DNA from: Selaginella moellendorffii
Lineage: Eukaryota > Plantae > Lycopodiophyta
Direction: 5' to 3'
Assembly: GCF_000143415.4 (NCBI RefSeq)
Contig: NW_003314270.1
Coordinates: forward strand, 1,853,048-1,917,047
DNA length: 64,000 nt
Positions within the stretch are counted from its first letter, which is position 1, and the number at the start of each line of letters is the position of its first letter. Under the pieces are notes generated by a model. It saw only the letters and a list, made by a program, of their open reading frames with translations. It was not told where the DNA came from and did no database searches. Positions 57,275-64,000 of the stretch are shown here, one piece after another. Position numbers and translations under genes: made by a program.

Positions 57275-58789
57275 CTAGAGCGACGGGACTGCCTGGTGGT
57301 GAACCAAATCCTTCCCAGCGAAGGGAGTCGTCCACTCCTGGCTGGCCAAGTCGTCCGGCGAACCACGGTAACCAGACTGCTGTCGATTCCATCCCTCGCT
57401 TCTAACCATGAAGCTCCGTGGCAGCGAAGAACTCAAGCCAAAGCTCGTCGCCGGCTTCGCGAATGGAGACGGTGGTATGCCCGTGCTCCAGTCTATAGTG
57501 TGGTAGTCCACGCTTCGGGCCACCGGGATGTCCCAGCTATCGGAAGGACTGCTCGAGTTCCCAGCACTCCACGGCGGATGGATCGACTGCGCCGGAGGAG
57601 CTACCGAGAGCGACGCCGGTGCGAGCTGCTGTAGCGGATGAGGATGGTGTAAACTCGTTGGAGAGCCGTGCTGGTGATACTGGAGTTGGTGGTGGTGTTG
57701 CTGCTGCTGCTGCTGTTGAGGGGACTTTATCAAATGGGGCTCGTCCAGGCGTCGAAAGCGTTGCAGCATGGCTTGCTGGTGACTGGGATGAGAATTCCTC
57801 CAGTCGGTGATGATGTCCCGCTCCCTGCTCTGCTGCTCCAGAAACTTGAGCGCCGGGTCCAGCCTCGCGGCGGCGGCGGCACTGACAGAGCTCAGCGAGT
57901 GATGGAGGCTGCTTGCCCCGCGTTGCCACACCGGAGGTGGCGGGAGAGGCACGGCCCTCAAGCCAGGAGGAACTGGGGCTGGAGCCGGACTAGCAGATGG
58001 CACCACCAGTTGACTTACGCGAGCCTCCGCGCTTTGCAGTTTTGTCTCCGCCACCTTCGAAGCTTGCAGATCCTGCCGCTGCGGCGCCGCTGCCACCGGC
58101 TGTCCACTGTGATCCCGCAGCCACTTGAGAGCAGCATCAATGTCGCCCTCGCAGGCCACGATGGCGCGCTCGATCTCGGCCAGAGGATAGCCGTGCCGCG
58201 TCTCGATGTCGGCGAGCCTGGCGAGCTGGTCGGATATGTCGAGCTTGAGGCTGGCATTCCTTGGCAGCGTCTTTGGGATCTCGCCGTCCTCGAGCAGAAA
58301 GGTGATGGACTTCTCCATGTCGCCCTCGTTGAGGATGAGAGCCATGGTGGCGCTCTCGCAAGAAAAGCCCATGGGGACGAGCTGCTGGGCGAGGCTGTCG
58401 AGCTTGCGGGACATGAGGTAGCTGGCGCACCGCTCCTTGAGTTCCTTGGTCTTGCGCTCCTTCTGCCGCTGGTGCTTCTTCTCGTTCTTGAGGCGGATCT
58501 TCTCCTGCTTGTCCGGGGAGGCGTCGAGCCCCGGGATGAAAGCTCGCTCCTTGGACGGGAGCTGGGACTGGTCCTCCGATTCGCCCGAGCAGCTGCCGTT
58601 GTTGGAGATGGAATCAAACTCGGAGGCCGCGATGGAGCTGGCGTCGTCCAGGTGCTTGGGCAGCTTGGGCTCGAGCGCGTCCAGCAAGTGGAAAGTTCCA
58701 GCGGGAGTGGCCAACGAGGAGCTGCTCTTGGACGATGGCGATGGCGACGACTTCCATTGCTGCTTGGCGGTGGGAGCTTTCCGTGGCAT
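57275..58789 (-). CDS. Plant UBA-domain protein (UBA/TS-N family)
   Basis: EFDSISNNGSCSGESED, EKIRLKNEKKHQRQKE, YLMSRKL..QQLVPMGF, IERAIVACEGD, EWTTPFAGKDL; intronless coding region. Confidence 0.85.
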   Translation of the reverse strand: MPRKAPTAKQQWKSSPSPSSKSSSSLATPAGTFHLLDALEPKLPKHLDDASSIAASEFDSISNNGSCSGESEDQSQLPSKERAFIPGLDASPDKQEKIRLKNEKKHQRQKERKTKELKERCASYLMSRKLDSLAQQLVPMGFSCESATMALILNEGDMEKSITFLLEDGEIPKTLPRNASLKLDISDQLARLADIETRHGYPLAEIERAIVACEGDIDAALKWLRDHSGQPVAAAPQRQDLQASKVAETKLQSAEARVSQLVVPSASPAPAPVPPGLRAVPLPPPPVWQRGASSLHHSLSSVSAAAAARLDPALKFLEQQSRERDIITDWRNSHPSHQQAMLQRFRRLDEPHLIKSPQQQQQQQHHHQLQYHQHGSPTSLHHPHPLQQLAPASLSVAPPAQSIHPPWSAGNSSSPSDSWDIPVARSVDYHTIDWSTGIPPSPFAKPATSFGLSSSLPRSFMVRSEGWNRQQSGYRGSPDDLASQEWTTPFAGKDLVHHQAVPSL

Positions 58790-59652
58790 TGTTTCCTCCC
58801 CTTGTTTTTTGAAATACCTGCGCAAAGCCAACGGATTTCATCATGCAGAGCCCTAGCGATTTCCATTCTCTATCCAGGCAATCGCAATCGCAAGCTCGCA
58901 ACGCAGCAGAGCAGCAGCTCAAGAAAGCTCGAGCTCGCGCATTGGCATTTCTATCCCAGCCGCCGCTGCTGCCGCCGCGAGGCGATGCTGGAGGGAGAGG
59001 AAATCAATCGCAATCGCAGAGCGCCGCGGCATACCTCGTGAGCCCTTCCTCCTCTGCGCGAACAATAACCCTAAGCCCGCGCCTAAAGCTCCAGGAGGGC
59101 GCAAAGAATGCGAGGAGAGTGTGAGTGTTCTGTGAGCGTACTAGGGTTTCCAGCTGGGAGCCGTCCCTTTCGGAGCCAGAGGTCGTATCCACCGTCGATT
59201 CCGACAAAACGTTTCCGTCCATGCTGGCACCATCCCAGCCGCTGATGTGCAAGCGCCTGGCCGACGGTGGCGATCGATCCCATCCCACCCCTAAATAGGC
59301 GCACTGAAGCGAGAGCTCTCCTCGCTTCAATGGCGCCGGGCGCCCACGCAACAGGCCGCGAGGATCAAATGTCGTGAATCTGGTATGGTTTATCTCCCCC
59401 CCTCGCCGTTCGCATTCGCGAGATCTATCGTACCATGGCTTAGGGTTTTGCGATCGCGATTGTGTGGGCCGATCGGATGATATTTCGTGGGTTTTCCAGC
59501 AGCGCGGAGCTGTTTTCGATCGACACCAGCGTCCTCTGGGAGCTCGTATGTGATGTCAGTAACAGAGGGTCTCATTGAAGATAAAGCGGATCAAAATAAT
59601 GGGGTGGCAGTGGTCCCCATATCCACCACCACGGACCACAGCCCAGGATCTC

Positions 59653-60780
59653 ATGGACAACCGGATGCTCGAATTCTATCTAGAGTTTGCAGGCAAGTTC
59701 TCTCTTTTCTTTGCTTGATTCTCATCCTTTTCTTTTCCCAGATATTGTTTCCACGGACGATTCTCAAGAAAGAATCAAGGCGCGTTTGAATGCTCTCTTC
59801 GCGTATGCGGATTCACGAGCTCTCACTGGGTATGCGAGTCTTTTCTTTTCACTAGTTCGTTTCTTGTGTTAATTCGTCGCAAGGTTTCAGCCATACCTCT
59901 CTCGATGGTCTGCGCCAGCTTGTTAACGATTTGCACTGGGAGGTATGAAGCATCGCCAGTGAGAATAGCCGCGCTTAACCCCTCGCAATTTGCTGCAGCT
60001 CTTAGATGCTCGCCGGTTTGGAACGTTCTACCGTTTTGTGTTCTTCATGTGCCGGGAAAAGGGTCAGAAAAGCCTCAGTAAGTGTTATGTTGTTGCCTGC
60101 TGCTGGATGGTTTCTCACTGCGTTATTCTTCCTGTCAGCTGTGAGCATCGCGGTGGATGCTTGGAGGCTGGCCTTAACCGGGCGTTTCAGGCTGCTCGAC
60201 CAGTGGTGCGAGTTTGTGCGAATGCACCATCGCCATGCTATTACCGAAGATACCTGGCGACAAGTCCTGGAGTTTAGTAGGGTGGTGCACGAGGATTTGA
60301 GCAATTACGATCCAGAAGGTAGAGAAAACTTCCCCCTTCGCGTGCTCTGAGCTAACTAACGTAGCTGCCGCTCCAGGTGCTTGGCCTGTTCTTGTCGACG
60401 AGTTTGTGGATCACATGTACAGGTAACACACTGTAGTTCTCTTGCTGGAAAAGAATGGCCGTCCTCACAAAATCCTCCTGCCTTCAGAAGCTCGTCATGC
60501 TCTTGCATTGCGGAAGCCTGCGTTTGCGATCCGAGTGCAGTGCTGAGCTCTTCGGAAGTTTTGGATGCTACCTCTCAATTGAACCGAGCGAATACACTAC
60601 CAGGCAAGAAAACTCGCTCCCACTATGATGTCTAAAGATCTATCTCTCTTCACAGGTATGGCTGCTACCGCCGGTAGTAAGAGGCGGAGGAAAGACACGA
60701 ACGACGAGGTGTCTTTGTCGCGGCATTTGAAGCGTCTACTGCTGGAGAAACCTCTGCTCATGTCCTCCGGTGGGTTTTGA
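59653..60780 (+). CDS. DCN1-like (cullin neddylation, PONY domain) protein
   Basis: FYRFVFFMCREKGQKSL, AWRLALTGRFRLLDQWCEFV, ITEDTWRQVLEF, NYDPEGAWPVLVDEFV; start uncertain. Confidence 0.87.
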
Positions 60781-61039
60781 CAGATGAAAGCTTTGTAGTA
60801 GAGAAATTCTTTTCAATGTATAGTGGTGCCCGAGCGAGCGATGATTCTTTTTCCGCATAGCATTCTTGTGACCGAGAAAAACGTGACAATAATATTAATT
60901 CTCACTCGTGATCTAGACTCTATTCAAGTCAAAGTCTGGTCTATATTTCTTGGCTAGCAAGTTAGGATGAAGTATATAATGTGTGCCCTAAGGACATACA
61001 AAGGAAGGCAACGAGAAAATTTCTTTCATTTGTTTTGGA

Positions 61040-61327
61040 ATGGCAGCAGGTGGAAACAGCATCAAGATGGACGAGCAACAAGAGGTTGCAAAGGTCGATT
61101 GTTTTGGATGGATGAGACAATGGAAAGTCAAAGTCGCAAGCAAGGTGGAGAATTCGCAAGATTGGAGCAAGACTATGGAGAGCTGCAGTGAGAAAAAGAA
61201 AAAGGATGCAGTTGTCGTTCCTCACTTCTCTTCCTCGCCAAAGACTTCCACTCCTGTAATAGTAGAGAAAAGCTTCCAAATTGTTTGTTCTCCCTCCAAA
61301 TATCTTATTTGTATAATCTGTTTTTAG
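61040..61327 (+). CDS. Small basic protein, paralog of the 62407 gene (possibly degenerate)
   Basis: TATA at 60973; CFGW and DAVVVPHF motifs shared with the 62407 ORF. Confidence 0.45.
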   Translation: MAAGGNSIKMDEQQEVAKVDCFGWMRQWKVKVASKVENSQDWSKTMESCSEKKKKDAVVVPHFSSSPKTSTPVIVEKSFQIVCSPSKYLICIICF

Positions 61328-61484
61328 ACAAGGATTGAAATCAGGAATTCGCAGCAACAGAGCGTAGAAAATCTACCATCCTTTCTTCTCTCCAATTTGT
61401 GACTGGCTCAATGGAGTTAGTGCTTTGGATGGAGGAGTAGTCAACCCACACAATCTGAGTCCTGTTGATTGCCCTCACAATATC

Positions 61485-61930
61485 CAGAAGCTCGTCGTGC
61501 TCTTGCATCGCGGAAGCCTTCCGAGTGCCGTGATGAGCTCTTCGGAAGTTTTGGATGCTACCTACCGAGAGGCAGAGGAAAGACACGAACGACGAGGTGT
61601 CTTTGTCGCGGCATTTGAAGCGTCTACTACTAGAGAAACCTCTGCTCATGGGTTTTGATAACAAGACAATAATATGAAGCGAATTTTTTTTTCCACTGTT
61701 GTGATCTAGACTCTATTCAGATACAAAACGATCATTGATTTTGGAATGGCAGCAGGAGTTCAAGGTGGAAACACGGACGAGCAACAAGAGGGTGCAACGA
61801 GACAATGGAAATTGAAACAAGTAGCAAGCAATTTGAGCAAGACTATGAAAAGTAGCAGTGAGCCAGTGAAAATGAATAACGATGCAATTGTCACTTCTCT
61901 GCCTTGCCCAGACTTCCACTCCAGTAATAG
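61485..61930 (+). pseudogene. Duplicated DCN1 3' end plus a degenerate copy of the 61040 gene
   Basis: 61485-61660 matches 60485-60780 with deletions; 61690-61930 matches 60905-61262. Confidence 0.8.
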
Positions 61931-62406
61931 GCTTCTAAATTTTTTTATTTTTTGTAATGAAAATAAAATCTGTCATCTTGAACATCTGAATGTGTTCTAA
62001 ATTTTGGTAGTCCATTTCGTGTGAGGGATGTGATCCTCCCAAAAGCATGGAAATTTAAGATATCTCGATTGAATACTGGACGTTAATCTTTTCAATCACA
62101 TTAAAATTCCAAGTAGAACTGCACGTGATAATTTTGCCCTTTGAAACTTTCAAGATATGTCATAACATCACATCCCAACACATTCCAGGATACTTCATTT
62201 GCATGCCAAGTCTTTTGCTTGGTGTGCAAGGAAAGCCTCGTGGAAAGCTGGGATATAAAACATAGAGGATGGGAAGCTTCAGTGTCAAGAACTCGTAGCG
62301 ACGCAGTGTAGAAAATATAATTCCAGGCTCCAGGCTCCAGGCACCAAGTCCATAGCAATTCTGCAAATTCTTCATTGTCGATTCTCCATTTTGTGATTGG
62401 AAACCC

Positions 62407-62628
62407 ATGGCTCAAGTTCATGCTGCGGAGTTGAAGGGCAATCAACAGGACCTCAGTCCTAAAAAGCGCATGGGCTGTTTTGGATGGAGGAGTAGCAGCA
62501 ACAAGACCAGCAAGATCAAGCCCAAGAAGAACGCCCAAGTCTCAGATGGGAAGATCAAGGAGAGAAAACAAAAGCAAGCAATAATTGTTCCACACTTTGC
62601 AACTTCAGCCAGATTGTCAATGCTGTGA
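62407..62628 (+). CDS. 73-aa small basic protein ending in -SML (candidate PTS1)
   Basis: ATG in good context, TATA at about 62315, MGCFGW..AIIVPHFATSARLSML. Confidence 0.55.
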   Translation: MAQVHAAELKGNQQDLSPKKRMGCFGWRSSSNKTSKIKPKKNAQVSDGKIKERKQKQAIIVPHFATSARLSML

Positions 62629-62824
62629 CATGGATTTGCACAGATTCAAGACTTTTTCCTTTTCGTCTTGAAGAAGCGAACTTGTAATATATTTTGTTTC
62701 GTGAATTGAAATCATTCTATCAATTCAAAAAAATTTCTTCAATTGATCACAAAAATGCTTGTTGTGAAGAAGAAGAACTGAGAATGTGGAAAACTTCAGG
62801 TTTTAGGGTTTCTACGGCCTAGGT

Positions 62825-63176
62825 ATGAACAAGGAGATGCAAGTGCGAAGGCGCATCGCGAGCATGTAAGCATCGCAAATGTCTCCTCCACTTTTCTCAA
62901 TCGCTTGTGCGTGCCAGCTACAACAAGCGCGAGGACAATTTCGCGTCCCTCAGAGACTACAATGACTACCTGGAAGACGTAGAGGACATCAGTGAGCTCT
63001 CGTTTCATTCTCTCAGCTGCTCACTCACTTTGCCTTGTAGTCTTCAATCTGGTCCAAGGCATCGATGTGGCTGAGACGGAGGCCAAGATCAAGGCGTATA
63101 ATGAGGAAAACTACGAGCAAATCCTCGCATCCAGAGCTCGCAAGGTAAGGCGTGTTTTCGAGGAGAAACAAATCCT

Positions 63177-63224
<48 letters not shown>

Positions 63225-63583
63225 TACACACACAGGCTGTGGAGATTAGCACTGCTCTCCAGCAAGAGCAAGGCTTCACTGAAACGAGAGAAGCCATAGA
63301 ACAGGTAATCAGAAATTCTTTTCCATGATATTCCAGCGAGAATTTGGATCGAAAACAGGGACCGTCTGGAGCGTACGCGCCGGCAGTGGCGGGGATGTTG
63401 ATGCAGCAGCCAACGAGGCAGCCCGAGCCGATTGGACACAGCCTGCTCAACGGTGGCGCGGCCGAGGATCCAGAGGCGCAGAGGATTCGAGAGGAGCGAG
63501 CCGCCATCGCCGGGGGCTGGTCCATAGACTGCTGCCACAGGAGGGATCTCACGGAAGCTTTCTCCAGCTTGTGGGTCAACTAG
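62825..63583 (+). CDS. MAT1: CDK-activating kinase assembly factor MAT1 (plant RING-less type)
   Basis: Spliced KEMQVRRRIASIYNKREDNFASLRDYNDYLEDVEDIIFNLVQGIDV..RAAIAGGWS..EAFSSLWVN; last intron 63305-63358 keeps the frame. Confidence 0.88.
63179..63220. repeat. (CT)n microsatellite inside a MAT1 intron
   Basis: Directly visible. Confidence 0.9.
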
Positions 63584-64000
63584 AGACAAGAGAAGAACTG
63601 CTGCTCAATGGATGAAGTAGCAGTGTTCTTGAGAGCCGGCTCTCGTTGGATAGCCCCTGTTTCCATTTTTTCTTCAACTTTTCTACAACTTTTCTACAAC
63701 TTCTAGTAATTCTGTGCTCACAATACCACGTAGCCTTTCATTAGCTTAAAAAGCTGACAAAGGTGGAACCTACAGAACAGATCACAGAAAGTTCAAATAG
63801 CATACAACTTTCAAACTTACCACAGCTTTTTCTTTTGAACGTTTTTCTTTTAAACGTTCACTCTACCTTACTTCTCTGAAGGTAAACTGTCCCGCTCGCT
63901 CGTGGGCATTCCTTTGTTGTCACAACCAGCCTTATATAACTAGTGGAATACCATTCTTTGAGTTTGTGAGAGCCTTCTAAATTCACTTTCTTGTCCAGCT

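Noticed and set aside
57668-59041. 457-aa plus-strand ORF (and the 283-aa alternative frame at 58015-58866)
   Set aside because: Antisense or alternate-frame shadow of the GC3-rich UBA gene; no recognisable motifs
63337-63358. Apparent frameshift in MAT1
   Set aside because: Using the AG at 63357-63358 as acceptor restores the frame; only the relic copies lost this site

Overview
This is a gene-dense, short-intron (mostly about 50-70 nt) land-plant nuclear region. Gene content (a flagellar DRC2/CCDC65 gene, CYCLOPS/IPD3, S-motif-rich PLS PPR genes) and compactness fit a lycophyte such as Selaginella; this is an inference, not a search result. About 20 conserved protein genes are recognisable: ABC1 kinase, NPH3/BTB, HCF152-like PPR, HCS, CYCLOPS, IST1-like, ferredoxin, RRM/CYP33-like, two PLS PPRs, RPA43, CID7-like, SHMT, DRC2, CstF77, a DREB/ERF, TRM112, WDR75, a UBA protein, DCN1-like and MAT1. 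The window also holds three U1 snRNA copies with USE/TATA promoters and one tRNA-Lys(CUU). Two accessory zones (about 6.6-14.9 kb and 26.5-34.9 kb) are built from recent tandem and inverted segmental duplications. Within them the housekeeping passengers (RRM, PPR, MAT1 copies) have decayed. Three copies of an unannotated secreted peptide-precursor gene kept open frames: signal peptide, R(K/N)LL site, 12-aa 'SSPIH' repeats in CLE45-like register, and a C-terminal RLDSGPSSPIH-CxxxC. That family is the best candidate for an undescribed system. Exon boundaries were read by eye and are approximate.
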